NCBI GenBank assembly: GCA_036652035.1
Contig: JAVVWR010000005.1
Location: forward strand, 2,688 to 66,687
Source: Burkholderiaceae bacterium
Lineage (GTDB): Bacteria; Pseudomonadota; Gammaproteobacteria; Burkholderiales; Burkholderiaceae_F
Reading direction: 5' to 3'
DNA length: 64,000 nt
Both the position numbers and the translations under genes were made by a program. Under the pieces are notes generated by a model. It was not told the DNA's origin. It did no database searches and saw only the letters and a program-made list of their open reading frames with translations. How positions within the stretch are numbered: position 1 is the stretch's first letter; each line of letters starts with the position of its first letter. Positions 1 to 16,110 of the stretch are shown here, piece by piece.

Positions 1-1839
<1,839 letters not shown>

Positions 1840-2733
1840 TTAGGGCAACTCTTCCTGACGGGCCAAGAACACCATGTCGTCGCCGGCGCTGGTGGTGAGC
1901 CACGTGAGAGGGATGTCGGAGAACGCGGCATCGGTCTGCGGGCGGCCGTCACCGACCTCGACCACCAGGACGCCATCGCGCTTCAAGTAGGCGCGCGACT
2001 GACGCATGATCCGGCGCACCAGGTCGAGACCGTCGTCGCCGCCGGCGAGCGCCAGGCTGGGCTCGTGGCGGTATTCGCGCGGCAGGGTTGCCATCGACTC
2101 GGCCGTCACGTACGGCGGGTTCGAGATGATGATGTCGTAGCGCTTGGGCGGCAGGCTGTTGAAGAGGTCGGACTCGACCAGATTGACGCGCTCGCCAAAG
2201 CCGTAGTCGTCGACGTTGATGCGGGCCACGGCCAGCGCGTCCTTGCTGATGTCGACCGCGTCGACCTGGGCGTTGGGGAAAAAGTCCGCCGCCATGATCG
2301 CCAGACAACCTGAGCCGGTGCACAGGTCGAGCACGTTGGTCACGGCGAGCGGGTCGGCAATCCAGGGTTCGAGCCAGGTCTTGAGCAGTTCGCCGATAAA
2401 GGAGCGCGGAATCAGAACGCGCTCATCGACATAGAACTTGTAGCCCATCAGCCACGACTCGCGCAGCAGGTAGGCGGCCGGAACGCGCTGCTTGACGCGG
2501 CGGTCGATGATCTGCAGCAAGGTGTTGATCTCGGCGTGCGTGAGGTAGGCGTCGAGAAAGATTTCGAGCCGCTCGAGCGGCAGGTTGAGCGTGCGCATCA
2601 CGATGAAGGCGGCTTCATCGAAAGCGTCAGGCGAACCGTGACCGAAGGAGAGTTTGGCTTCGTTAAAGTGCGTGGTGGCGTAGCGCAGCACGTCGCGCAG
2701 GGTGCGCAGATTGGCTTGGGCGTCGATCGACAT
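1840..2733 (-). CDS. prmB: 50S ribosomal protein L3 glutamine N5-methyltransferase (HemK-family)
   Basis: 297-aa ORF with the NPPYV catalytic motif and an SAM-binding DLCTGSGCLA motif. The N-terminal region is typical of PrmB. The stop abuts the start of the ABC-F gene. Confidence 0.85.
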   Translation of the reverse strand: MSIDAQANLRTLRDVLRYATTHFNEAKLSFGHGSPDAFDEAAFIVMRTLNLPLERLEIFLDAYLTHAEINTLLQIIDRRVKQRVPAAYLLRESWLMGYKFYVDERVLIPRSFIGELLKTWLEPWIADPLAVTNVLDLCTGSGCLAIMAADFFPNAQVDAVDISKDALAVARINVDDYGFGERVNLVESDLFNSLPPKRYDIIISNPPYVTAESMATLPREYRHEPSLALAGGDDGLDLVRRIMRQSRAYLKRDGVLVVEVGDGRPQTDAAFSDIPLTWLTTSAGDDMVFLARQEELP

Positions 2734-2739
2734 GATGAT

Positions 2740-5110
<2,371 letters not shown>

Positions 5111-5198
5111 GGGGCAAGCTCCGGCAAAAGCGGGCCAGACCCGCAGCGCTGTTAGGTTAAAACAAGCCGGCGCGATAGGTATCACGCCGGTTCGGTAT

Positions 5199-6014
5199 TC
5201 ACGCGCGCAGCAGTTCGTTGATGCTGGTCTTGGCGCGAGTCTTGGCGTCGACGCGCTTGACGATTACGGCGCAGTACAGGCTGTACTTGCCATCGGCCGA
5301 GGGCAGCGAGCCGCTCACCACGACCGAGCCCGCGGGGATGCGGCCGTAGCTGACTTCGCCGCTGGCGCGGTCGTAGATCTTGGTGCTCTGGCCCAGGTAG
5401 ACCCCCATGCTGATCACCGAGTTCTCCTCGACGATCACGCCTTCGACCACTTCCGAGCGCGCACCGATGAAGCAGTTGTCCTCGATGATGGTCGGGTTGG
5501 CTTGCAGGGGCTCCAACACGCCGCCGATGCCCACGCCGCCCGAGAGGTGGACGTTCTTGCCGATCTGCGCGCACGAACCGACGGTGGCCCAGGTGTCGAC
5601 CATCGTGCCTTCGTCCACGTAGGCGCCGATGTTGACGTAGCTCGGCATCAGAATCACGTTCTTGGCCAGGTAGGCGCCACGGCGGGCCACGGCGGGCGGA
5701 ACCACGCGCACGCCGGTGGCGCGCATCTCGTCCTCGGACAGTTTTGAGAACTTGGTCGGCACCTTGTCGAAAAAGCCCAGCTCGCCGGCGCGCATCTCGA
5801 CGTTGTCGTTCAGGCGGAACGACAGCAGCACCGCCTTTTTAAGCCACTGGTGGGTGGTCCAGGTGCCGTCGATCTTTTCGGCCACGCGCACGCGACCGGC
5901 GTTCAAGTCAGCGATTGCGTGATTCACCGCGTCGCGCACCTCGGCCGGGGCGGCGGCGGGAGAGAGTTGGGCGCGGTCTTCCCACGCGGCTTCGATCGTC
6001 TGTTGCAGGTTCAT
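5199..6014 (-). CDS. dapD: 2,3,4,5-tetrahydropyridine-2,6-dicarboxylate N-succinyltransferase
   Basis: 271-aa ORF with hexapeptide-repeat left-handed beta-helix sequence. The N-terminal DapD-type domain reads [10 protein letters not shown]...[15 protein letters not shown]. Confidence 0.9.
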   Translation of the reverse strand: MNLQQTIEAAWEDRAQLSPAAAPAEVRDAVNHAIADLNAGRVRVAEKIDGTWTTHQWLKKAVLLSFRLNDNVEMRAGELGFFDKVPTKFSKLSEDEMRATGVRVVPPAVARRGAYLAKNVILMPSYVNIGAYVDEGTMVDTWATVGSCAQIGKNVHLSGGVGIGGVLEPLQANPTIIEDNCFIGARSEVVEGVIVEENSVISMGVYLGQSTKIYDRASGEVSYGRIPAGSVVVSGSLPSADGKYSLYCAVIVKRVDAKTRAKTSINELLRA

Positions 6015-6028
6015 GTCGGTCTCAGAAA

Positions 6029-7213
6029 TCAGGGCTTGAAATTGGCAATGCGTTGGGCGGCCTCGGCGACTTCAGCCGGGCTCGCGACCAAGGCGATGCG
6101 GATGCGGTTGCGGCCGGGGTTGTGGCCATCGGCCTCCCGAGCAAGAAACGATCCGGGCAAAACCGTGACCGCGCATTCGGCGTAGAGCCGGCGAGCGTAG
6201 TCAGTGTCGGCGATCGGCGCCTTGGCCCAGAGGTAGAAGGCGGCATCGGGCATGGGCGCCTCGAGCGCGCTGGCGATCACGGGCTGCGCGGTGCGGAACT
6301 TCTCGGCGTAAAGGCGGCGGTTCTCGACCACGTGGGTTTCGTCGTTCCACGCCGCCAGGCTCGCCATCTGCACCGGCCCACCCATGGCGCAGCCGTGGTA
6401 GGTCCGAAACAGCAGGAACTGCTTAAGGATCTTGGCGTCGCCCGCGACAAAGCCCGAGCGCAGGCCGGGAACGTTGGAGCGCTTCGACAGGCTGGAAAAG
6501 ACCACCAGCTTGTCGTAGTCGTCGCGGCCGAGCGCCTGCGCCGCTTCCAGAGCGCCCAGCGGCGGTTGGGTTTCGTCGAAATAAATCTCGGAATAGCACT
6601 CGTCGGCGGCGATGACAAAGCCGTGGCGATCAGCCAGTTCGAACAGCGCCTTCCACTCGGGCAGGGTCATTACCCGTCCGGTGGGGTTGCCAGGCGAACA
6701 CACGAACACCAGTTGGACCTGGTCGAGCGCGGTGGCCGAGAGCCGGCCGAAGTCCATCGCGAAGCCGTTGGCCTCGGTGGTCGGCAGAAAGACCGGCTGG
6801 GCGCCAGCGAGCAGGGCCGCGCCTTCGTAGATTTGGTAGAAGGGATTGGGGCTCACCACGCGTGCCGGGCGGCTGCGATCGACCACGGCCTGGGCGAAGG
6901 CAAAGAGCGCCTCGCGCGAGCCGGTGACCGGCAAGACCTGGGTGGCCGGATCGATTCGCTTCAAGCCGTAACGGCGAGCGAGCCAGCTGGCGATCGCCTC
7001 TCGCAGGCGCGGATCGCCCGCGGTGGCCGGGTAGTTGGAGAGGAGCGGCAGCGCCTCGACCAGGGCGGCCTTGATGAAAGCCGGGGTCTCGTGCTTGGGT
7101 TCGCCGATCGACAGATTGATCGGCTTTACGCCGGTCGGGAGTTCGATCCCTTCGAACAGCTTGCGCAGCCGTTCGAAGGGGTAGGGCTGAAGACGCTGGA
7201 GCTCAGGGTTCAT
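6029..7213 (-). CDS. dapC: Succinyldiaminopimelate aminotransferase (class I PLP aminotransferase)
   Basis: Start re-picked at ATG 7211-7213 ([19 protein letters not shown]...). PLP-lysine region [16 protein letters not shown]. Adjacent to dapD. The 112 upstream codons of track ORF 6029..7549 overlap queF and are Arg/Pro-rich junk. Confidence 0.8.
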   Translation of the reverse strand: MNPELQRLQPYPFERLRKLFEGIELPTGVKPINLSIGEPKHETPAFIKAALVEALPLLSNYPATAGDPRLREAIASWLARRYGLKRIDPATQVLPVTGSREALFAFAQAVVDRSRPARVVSPNPFYQIYEGAALLAGAQPVFLPTTEANGFAMDFGRLSATALDQVQLVFVCSPGNPTGRVMTLPEWKALFELADRHGFVIAADECYSEIYFDETQPPLGALEAAQALGRDDYDKLVVFSSLSKRSNVPGLRSGFVAGDAKILKQFLLFRTYHGCAMGGPVQMASLAAWNDETHVVENRRLYAEKFRTAQPVIASALEAPMPDAAFYLWAKAPIADTDYARRLYAECAVTVLPGSFLAREADGHNPGRNRIRIALVASPAEVAEAAQRIANFKP

Positions 7214-7227
7214 GCGCGGTGATCGCC

Positions 7228-7674
7228 TTAGCCGCGCATGGGCTGGCCGGCCTCGAAGCTCGGCAGATCGATCGCGGGAGCCGGCTTCCAGCCGCGTTTG
7301 CGGTGCTCGGCGACAACATTGGTGTAAATCCCGCCGCGCACCCACCACTTGGCGGTGATGCGCAGAAAGCGCGGCGACAAGGCCTTGACCAGATCGTCGA
7401 GGATCAGGTTGGTGACGGCCTCGTGGAACGCGCCTTCGTTGCGGTAGGACCACATATAGAGTTTGAGCGCCTTCAGCTCGACGTTCTTTTTGTCCGGAAC
7501 GTAATCGAGTGTGATGGTGGCGAAGTCCGGCTGCCCGGTCATGGGGCACAGGCAGGTGAACTCGGGCACCTCGATGTGGACCAGGTAATCGCGCGCGGGA
7601 GCCGGATTAGGGAAGGTCTCGAGGGTCTTGCTGGGTGCGGTGGACTTGCCGGGCTTGCTGGTGCGCGTGGCCAT
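7228..7674 (-). CDS. queF: NADPH-dependent 7-cyano-7-deazaguanine (preQ0) reductase, unimodular type
   Basis: 148-aa ORF carrying the catalytic-Cys motif [14 protein letters not shown] and the QueF motif region (ELKALKLY...FHE). Confidence 0.9.
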   Translation of the reverse strand: MATRTSKPGKSTAPSKTLETFPNPAPARDYLVHIEVPEFTCLCPMTGQPDFATITLDYVPDKKNVELKALKLYMWSYRNEGAFHEAVTNLILDDLVKALSPRFLRITAKWWVRGGIYTNVVAEHRKRGWKPAPAIDLPSFEAGQPMRG

Positions 7675-7804
7675 GGTTTTTCAGCGGCGACGCGCCGCGT
7701 GAGACAAAGAGAGGCGGTTATTATAGAAGTGTCTCTAAACCCTCCGGCCGCTCGCAGCTTGGTGCTGCGTGGCAGACCGCCGGTGCTTCCCCAGAAAATC
7801 CCAA

Positions 7805-10800
7805 GTGCGCCTTCGGCAGATCAAGCTTGCAGGGTTTAAGTCTTTTGTCGATCCCACCCAGATCGACGTGCCGGGCCGCCTCGTGGGCGTCGTCGGGCCC
7901 AATGGTTGCGGCAAGTCGAACGTGATCGATGCCGTGCGCTGGGTGTTGGGCGAGTCCAAGGCCAGCGAATTGCGTGGCGAATCGATGGCCGACGTGATCT
8001 TCAACGGCTCGATCCATCGCAAGCCGGCTGGCCGCGCCAGCGTCGAACTGGTGTTCGAAAACACCGACGGCCGCATCAGCGGCGCCTGGGGCCAGTACGC
8101 CGAAGTGTCGGTCAAGCGCGTTCTCACACGCGAGGGCGCGAGCAGCTACTACCTGAACAACCAGCAGGTCCGCCGCCGCGACGTGCAGGACATCTTTCTT
8201 GGTACCGGCCTGGGGCCGCGCGCCTACGCCATCATCGGCCAGGGCATGATTTCCCGCATCGTCGAGGCGCGCCCCGAAGATCTGCGCATCTTTCTGGAAG
8301 AGGCCGCCGGGGTCTCCAAGTACAAGGAGCGCCGCCGCGAGACCGAGAACCGCCTGGGCGACACGCGCGACAACCTGACCCGCGTCGAAGACATCTTGCG
8401 CGAGCTCGAAGGGCAGACCGGAAAGCTCGGTCAGCAGGCCGAGGTCGCCACTCGCTACCAGGATCTGGTGGCGCGGCACGATGGCCAGCAACATCTCTTG
8501 TGGTTCGCCCGCCGCCGCGACGCCGAGGTCGAAGGCGAGAAGATCGCCCGCGAGATCGACGCGGGCAGTGTGGCGCTCGAAGCGCATATCGCCGAACTGC
8601 GGGCGGCCGAACGCCTGCTCGAAGAAATTCGCGCCGCCCACTTCGAAAGCTCGGATGCGGTCCACGAGGCCCAGGGCAAGCTCTACCAGGTCAATGCCGA
8701 GATCGGCCGGCTGGAATCCGAGATCCGCATGATCGTCGACGGCCGCACGCGCCTGGCCGCTCAGCTCCAGACCTTGCGCGGCACGCGTGAGCGGCGCCTG
8801 ACCGAACGTGGCGAGCTGCTCGAGCGGGCCGAGGGTCTGGCGGCTGCGATCGAAGACGCGACCCTCCGCCTGGGCGAAGCGCAGGCGCGCGCGATCGATC
8901 ACGAGGCCATGCTGCCCGAGTTCGAGCTGGCTTACTCCGACGCTCGCGACGCCATGACCACCGCACGCTCGAGCGCGGTGGCGGCCGAAAATTCGATCGA
9001 ATCGGTGGCGGCCGAGAGCCGCGCGCTCGAGCGTCAGATTGCGGGTCTGGTGCAGCGGCGCGAGCGCCTGGCGCAGGAAAAGAGCCAGATGGGCGCGCCC
9101 GACGAGGAGCGCCACGCCTTTCTGCAGGAAGAACTCGCCCGCTTTGAAGAAGACCAGGCGATCCACACCGAAGGCCAGATGGCCGCGGAAGAGGATGTCG
9201 CCCGCCTGACCGATGAGCGTCAGGCGGCGCTCGACGCTCGCACCCGCGAAGCCAATACGCTCACCCGGATCGAGGCGAGGCTGGCGGCGCTGCGTCAGCT
9301 GCAGGCCGATGTCGAAGCCAACGGCAAGCTCGCCCCCTGGCTCAAGGAGCAGGGACTCGACGGCCTGCCGCGGTTGTTCAAGAAGCTGGCGGTCGAGTCA
9401 GGGTGGGAAACCGCGGTCGAAACCGTCTTGCGCGAGCGGATCGAAGCGCTGGAAGTCGGTCGCCTCGACATGGTGGCCGGTCTGGCGGGCAATGCGCCAC
9501 CGGCCCGGGTCGCCTTTTACAGCCCGACCGGCGCGGTGCCGCGAGAGAACCCGGCGATAGCCGGTTTCGCTTCACTCGCCAGCATGACCCGCGGCCACGA
9601 TGCGGCGCTTGCCGCCGTGGTGGGCGATTGGCTGGCCCAGGTCTATGTCGCCAACGACCTGCCAGCGGCGCTTGCCGCGCGCGACCAGTTGCCGCCAGGG
9701 GCGAGCTTCATTGTCCAGGCCGGTCACATGGTCAGCCGTCATGGGGTGCGCTTTCATGCGCCCGACGACGAGAAGTCCGGGATGCTGGCGCGCCGTCAGG
9801 AGATCGAAAACCTCGATCGGGAGATCCGGGCTCAGCGACTGATCGTCGACGAGTGCACCGGCGCGGCTGCGCGCGCCGAGAGCGCCCTGCGCCACGCGCA
9901 GGAATCGCTCGTCCAGCACCGCCGCGAACTGGACCGCACCCGCAGCCAGATGCATGGCGTGCAGCTTGAGGCGGTGCGGCTCTCCGAGCTGATCGAGCGC
10001 GTCAAACACCGCAGCGGTCAGATCGACGGCGAGCTCGCCGAGATCGCCGCTCACGACGAAGAACTTCGTGCCAGCCGCGAAGAGGCCGAGGCACGCTTCC
10101 AGTCGCTCGACGAGGAGCTGGCCAGCGCGCAGCAGCGCGCCGAAGACGCGCAGATGGCTTACGAAGAGGCCGATGCCCGCTTGCGCGCCGCACGCGAGGA
10201 AAGCCGCAATCGGCAGACCGCGCGCCAGCAGATCGAGTTCAGCCTGGCGGGCAATCGCGATCGTGAGCGCGATGTCCGCCACGCCGCCGAGGTTGCCGCC
10301 AACGATGCCGCCCGGCTCGAGATCGACGTCGACGCCGCCGCCGAGGAATTGGCGCGGCTCGACGATTCGGCCGCCCGCGCCGGTCTGGACGATTTGCTCG
10401 CCAACCGCGCCAATGCCGAAGACGGCTTGCGCGAGACGCGGACCCGGATGGACGAGCTGGCGCATTCGCTGCGAACGACCGATGAAAAGCGGCTCGTTCT
10501 CGAGCGCGAGCAGCAGCCGCGGCGCGACCGCATCACCGAGCTGCAATTGAAGCAGCAGGCGGCGCGCCTGACGGTCGAGCAGTTTGCCCAGCAGTTGCTC
10601 GAGGCCGGCGCCGACGAAGTGCCGTTGGCGGCGCGCTACGAGGCCGAGTCGCCGCGCGCGGCCAGCCTGCAGGGCGAGATCACGCGACTGGCCAACGAGA
10701 TCGCCGCGCTGGGCGCGGTCAACCTCGCCGCGCTGGATGAGCTTAAGAGCGCGATGGAGCGCAAGACCTACCTCGAATCGCAGTCGAACGACCTCAAGGC

Positions 10801-11329
10801 CGCGATCGAGACCCTGGAAGACGCGATTCGCAAAATCGATCGCGAGACTCGCGAACTGCTGCAGAACACCTTTAACCAGGTCAATACGCAGTTTGGCGCG
10901 ATGTTTCCCAAGCTGTTCGGCGGTGGCGAGGCGCGCCTGATCATGACCGGCGACGAGATTCTCGACGCCGGCGTTCAGGTGATGGCGCAGCCCCCGGGCA
11001 AGCGCAACAGCACCATCCACCTACTCTCGGGCGGCGAGAAAGCGCTGACCGCGACCGCGCTGGTGTTTGCGATGTTCAAGCTCAACCCGGCGCCGTTCTG
11101 CCTGCTCGACGAGGTTGACGCACCGCTCGACGACGCCAACACCGAACGTTTCTCCAGGCTGGTGGCCTCGATGGCGGATTCGACCCAGTTCCTCTTCATC
11201 ACCCACAATAAAATTGCGATGGAAATTGCCGAGCAACTGGTGGGGGTGACGATGCAGGAGCAGGGCGTGTCGCGGATCGTGGCGGTGGACATCGCCGCGG
11301 CGACCCGGCTGGTGGCCGAAGCTGCCTGA
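7805..11329 (+). CDS. smc: Chromosome segregation protein SMC
   Basis: Start taken at GTG 7805 (VRLRQIKLAGFKSFVDP...). Contains Walker A GPNGCGKSN, long coiled coils, a hinge, the C-terminal signature LSGGEKALTA and Walker B FCLLDEVDAPLD. Confidence 0.92.
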   Translation: MRLRQIKLAGFKSFVDPTQIDVPGRLVGVVGPNGCGKSNVIDAVRWVLGESKASELRGESMADVIFNGSIHRKPAGRASVELVFENTDGRISGAWGQYAEVSVKRVLTREGASSYYLNNQQVRRRDVQDIFLGTGLGPRAYAIIGQGMISRIVEARPEDLRIFLEEAAGVSKYKERRRETENRLGDTRDNLTRVEDILRELEGQTGKLGQQAEVATRYQDLVARHDGQQHLLWFARRRDAEVEGEKIAREIDAGSVALEAHIAELRAAERLLEEIRAAHFESSDAVHEAQGKLYQVNAEIGRLESEIRMIVDGRTRLAAQLQTLRGTRERRLTERGELLERAEGLAAAIEDATLRLGEAQARAIDHEAMLPEFELAYSDARDAMTTARSSAVAAENSIESVAAESRALERQIAGLVQRRERLAQEKSQMGAPDEERHAFLQEELARFEEDQAIHTEGQMAAEEDVARLTDERQAALDARTREANTLTRIEARLAALRQLQADVEANGKLAPWLKEQGLDGLPRLFKKLAVESGWETAVETVLRERIEALEVGRLDMVAGLAGNAPPARVAFYSPTGAVPRENPAIAGFASLASMTRGHDAALAAVVGDWLAQVYVANDLPAALAARDQLPPGASFIVQAGHMVSRHGVRFHAPDDEKSGMLARRQEIENLDREIRAQRLIVDECTGAAARAESALRHAQESLVQHRRELDRTRSQMHGVQLEAVRLSELIERVKHRSGQIDGELAEIAAHDEELRASREEAEARFQSLDEELASAQQRAEDAQMAYEEADARLRAAREESRNRQTARQQIEFSLAGNRDRERDVRHAAEVAANDAARLEIDVDAAAEELARLDDSAARAGLDDLLANRANAEDGLRETRTRMDELAHSLRTTDEKRLVLEREQQPRRDRITELQLKQQAARLTVEQFAQQLLEAGADEVPLAARYEAESPRAASLQGEITRLANEIAALGAVNLAALDELKSAMERKTYLESQSNDLKAAIETLEDAIRKIDRETRELLQNTFNQVNTQFGAMFPKLFGGGEARLIMTGDEILDAGVQVMAQPPGKRNSTIHLLSGGEKALTATALVFAMFKLNPAPFCLLDEVDAPLDDANTERFSRLVASMADSTQFLFITHNKIAMEIAEQLVGVTMQEQGVSRIVAVDIAAATRLVAEAA

Positions 11330-11382
11330 TGGCGGTCGAATCGAATGACTTGTTGTCGAACAGACGCTGACGGACCCAACTC

Positions 11383-12504
11383 ATGAGCCAACTCCAGATT
11401 GCGCTTACTGGCCTTGCCCTGGCGGTGCTGGTCGGGATCTTTGCCTGGGGCAAGTGGGACGAGCGCCGCGCTCGTGCCCGAATGCAGGACTTGCACTCGG
11501 GGGTTGGCGACCCCTTGATGGGGGAGAGTGCGGCGAGCCCGGCTGCGCCGGCCACACCCGAAGGCCGGCCGCGCTCCGATGCGCGGGTCGAGCCAAGTTT
11601 TGGCGGCGCCGCGCCGGTCTCCGAACCCGATTCCGCGCCGGCCTTGACGCCGGAGTCCGAGCCGCTCGCGAACGATGTGCTCGCCAGCGCACCGGTGCAG
11701 GCCGGCGGCTGGCTCGAAGATCCCTTGCTCGATTTCGCTTTCGAGCTGCGCTGCTCGCACCCGATCGATGGCGTTGCCGCACTGGCCGCCGCGGCCCAGC
11801 TCGCCCGCCTGCAGTTGCCGCTGCCGGCGCACCTGGCGGTGTGGGACGCCCGTGTCCAGCAGTGGAGCGCTCCCGATCGCTTCGGGTTTTATTCCGAGAT
11901 GCTGGTCGCGCTGCAGATGGCCGATCGCCGTGGTGCCTTGACCGAGATCGACGCCTCGCGTTTCCTGGCCGCGGTCCAGCAGATCGCGCTCGAACTCGAG
12001 GCCGATTTCGATCCGCCCGACGTGCCGCGTCTGCTGGAGCAGGCCGCCGCGCTCGACGCGACCGTGGCCAAGTTCGACGTCCAGCTCTCTCTCACGCTCA
12101 AGTCGGCGGGTGCACCGTTCGCGTTCGACGCGATCAGATCCACCGCTCAAGCGGTCGGTTTCGTGGTTGCGGGCGAGGGTCGCTGGGAAAAGGGCGATGC
12201 CGAGCGCCGCCCCTTGCTGCTGGCCGCAGATGCGCCCCTGGCCGAATCGGTGCGGATCACGCTCGACGTGCCGGTCGCGCCGCTCGCCTCGCAGCCGCTT
12301 GAAGCCTTGTTCGCCACGGCCAATGATTTGGCGGCCCGGCTGGGGGCCTTGATCGTTGACGACGTGGGCCGCCCGATCGCCAGCGGCGCCGCGGTGGCGA
12401 TCAACCAGCAGCTCGCGCTGCTTTATCAGCAGATGCACGACGCCGGGATCGAGCCCGGCGGTGAGCGCGCCCGCCGCCTTTATACGGCGGGCGAAGCGCG
12501 CTGA
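11383..12504 (+). CDS. zipA: Cell division protein ZipA
   Basis: N-terminal TM helix (LQIALTGLALAVLVGIFAWGKW), then a charged and Pro/Ala-rich linker and a C-terminal globular domain. Occupies the conserved smc-zipA-ligA position. Confidence 0.7.
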   Translation: MSQLQIALTGLALAVLVGIFAWGKWDERRARARMQDLHSGVGDPLMGESAASPAAPATPEGRPRSDARVEPSFGGAAPVSEPDSAPALTPESEPLANDVLASAPVQAGGWLEDPLLDFAFELRCSHPIDGVAALAAAAQLARLQLPLPAHLAVWDARVQQWSAPDRFGFYSEMLVALQMADRRGALTEIDASRFLAAVQQIALELEADFDPPDVPRLLEQAAALDATVAKFDVQLSLTLKSAGAPFAFDAIRSTAQAVGFVVAGEGRWEKGDAERRPLLLAADAPLAESVRITLDVPVAPLASQPLEALFATANDLAARLGALIVDDVGRPIASGAAVAINQQLALLYQQMHDAGIEPGGERARRLYTAGEAR

Positions 12505-14790
<2,286 letters not shown>

Positions 14791-14793
14791 AAC

Positions 14794-15552
14794 ATGTACG
14801 CAATCATTGGTGGCAGCGGTCTGGCCAAGCTCTCGGCACTCGACTCGATCGAGCGGCGCGTAATGCGAACGCCTTATGGCGAGCCCTCTGGCGCGATCAC
14901 CCTCGGCCAGCTCGGCGGGCGCGACATTGTCTTTCTGGCGCGCCACGGTTATGGCCACACGATCGCCCCGCACGAGATCAACTACCGCGCCAATATCTGG
15001 GCGCTCAAGGAGTTGAAGGTCCGCGGCATTCTGGCGGTGGCCACCGTGGGTTCGGTCAACGAGGCTCTGGTGCCGGGAACGCTGGTGGTTCCAGACCAGC
15101 TGATCGACTACACCTATGGTCGCAAGTCAACCTTCTTCGAGGGTTCGGAAACGCCGGTCACCCATATCGACTTCACCGAGCCGTACTCAAACGAGCTGCG
15201 CCAGCGCCTGTTGGCCGCTGCCGCCGGTGTGGGCGAGGCCGTGGTCGACGGTGGCACCTATGCCTGCACCCAGGGTCCGCGGCTTGAGACCGCGGCCGAG
15301 ATTGAGCGGATTCGCCGTGACGGTGGCGATCTGGTCGGCATGACCGGCATGCCCGAGGCCTCGCTCGCACGGGAAGCGGGTCTGGCTTATGCCTCCTTGG
15401 GCGTGGTGGTCAACCATGCGGCGGGTCTGGGAGCGAGCAAGCACCGGATTTTGCTGGCGGACCTCGAGTCGGTGATGAAGGCGACCGTCGCGCGTGCTTT
15501 GCGCGTACTCGAGGCGACGGTCAGCGAACCGTTCGAGGGGAATGCGAAATGA
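14794..15552 (+). CDS. S-methyl-5'-thioadenosine/thioinosine phosphorylase (PNP/MTAP family 2)
   Basis: 252-aa [13 protein letters not shown]...[26 protein letters not shown] is typical of the MTAP/MTIP family. Confidence 0.8.
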   Translation: MYAIIGGSGLAKLSALDSIERRVMRTPYGEPSGAITLGQLGGRDIVFLARHGYGHTIAPHEINYRANIWALKELKVRGILAVATVGSVNEALVPGTLVVPDQLIDYTYGRKSTFFEGSETPVTHIDFTEPYSNELRQRLLAAAAGVGEAVVDGGTYACTQGPRLETAAEIERIRRDGGDLVGMTGMPEASLAREAGLAYASLGVVVNHAAGLGASKHRILLADLESVMKATVARALRVLEATVSEPFEGNAK

Positions 15553-16082
15553 TCCACCCGATCCTGAAGATGGGCGACGCCCGCCTCTTGCGGGCGGCCG
15601 AGCCGGTCACCGAGTTCGGCACGCCCGAGCTCAAGCAGCTGATTGCCGACATGTTTGAAACCATGGCCGCGGCCGGCGGCGTGGGTCTGGCCGCGCCGCA
15701 GATTGGCGTCAATCTGCGGCTGGTTATTTTCGGGTTTGACAGCAGCGAGCGTTACCCGGACGCGCCGGCGGTGCCGCAGACCGTGTTGCTCAACCCGGAG
15801 CTGCGACCCTTGTCCGACGCGATGGACGAGGGTTGGGAAGGATGCCTGTCGGTGCCCGGCCTGCGTGGCGCGGTACCGCGTTTCACCGAGCTCGCCTACA
15901 GCGGCTTTGATCCCGACGGCCAGCGTATCGAGCGGGTTGCCAGCGGTTTTCATGCGCGGGTGGTGCAGCATGAATGCGACCACCTCGACGGCATTCTGTA
16001 TCCGATGCGACTCGAGGATTTCTCTCGCTTCGGCTTTACCGAGGTGCTGTTCCCCGAGCTGGCGGACCAGCCCGAGGATTGA
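15549..16082 (+). CDS. def: Peptide deformylase
   Basis: Contains motifs [18 protein letters not shown] and HECDHLDG. Overlaps the upstream gene by 4 nt. Confidence 0.92.
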   Translation: MIHPILKMGDARLLRAAEPVTEFGTPELKQLIADMFETMAAAGGVGLAAPQIGVNLRLVIFGFDSSERYPDAPAVPQTVLLNPELRPLSDAMDEGWEGCLSVPGLRGAVPRFTELAYSGFDPDGQRIERVASGFHARVVQHECDHLDGILYPMRLEDFSRFGFTEVLFPELADQPED

Positions 16083-16110
16083 GTGGCGTGGTGCGGGGTT
16101 TGACCGCGGT

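Noticed and set aside
7675-7804. Checked the queF/smc divergent spacer and the region upstream of purT (54873-54954) for riboswitch-like elements (preQ1, ZTP or purine).
   Set aside because: The spacers are short. The purT upstream region is fully explained by the cytochrome terminator plus an SD sequence. I could not recognise conserved preQ1 or ZTP cores by eye. A covariance-model scan would be needed for a definitive negative.
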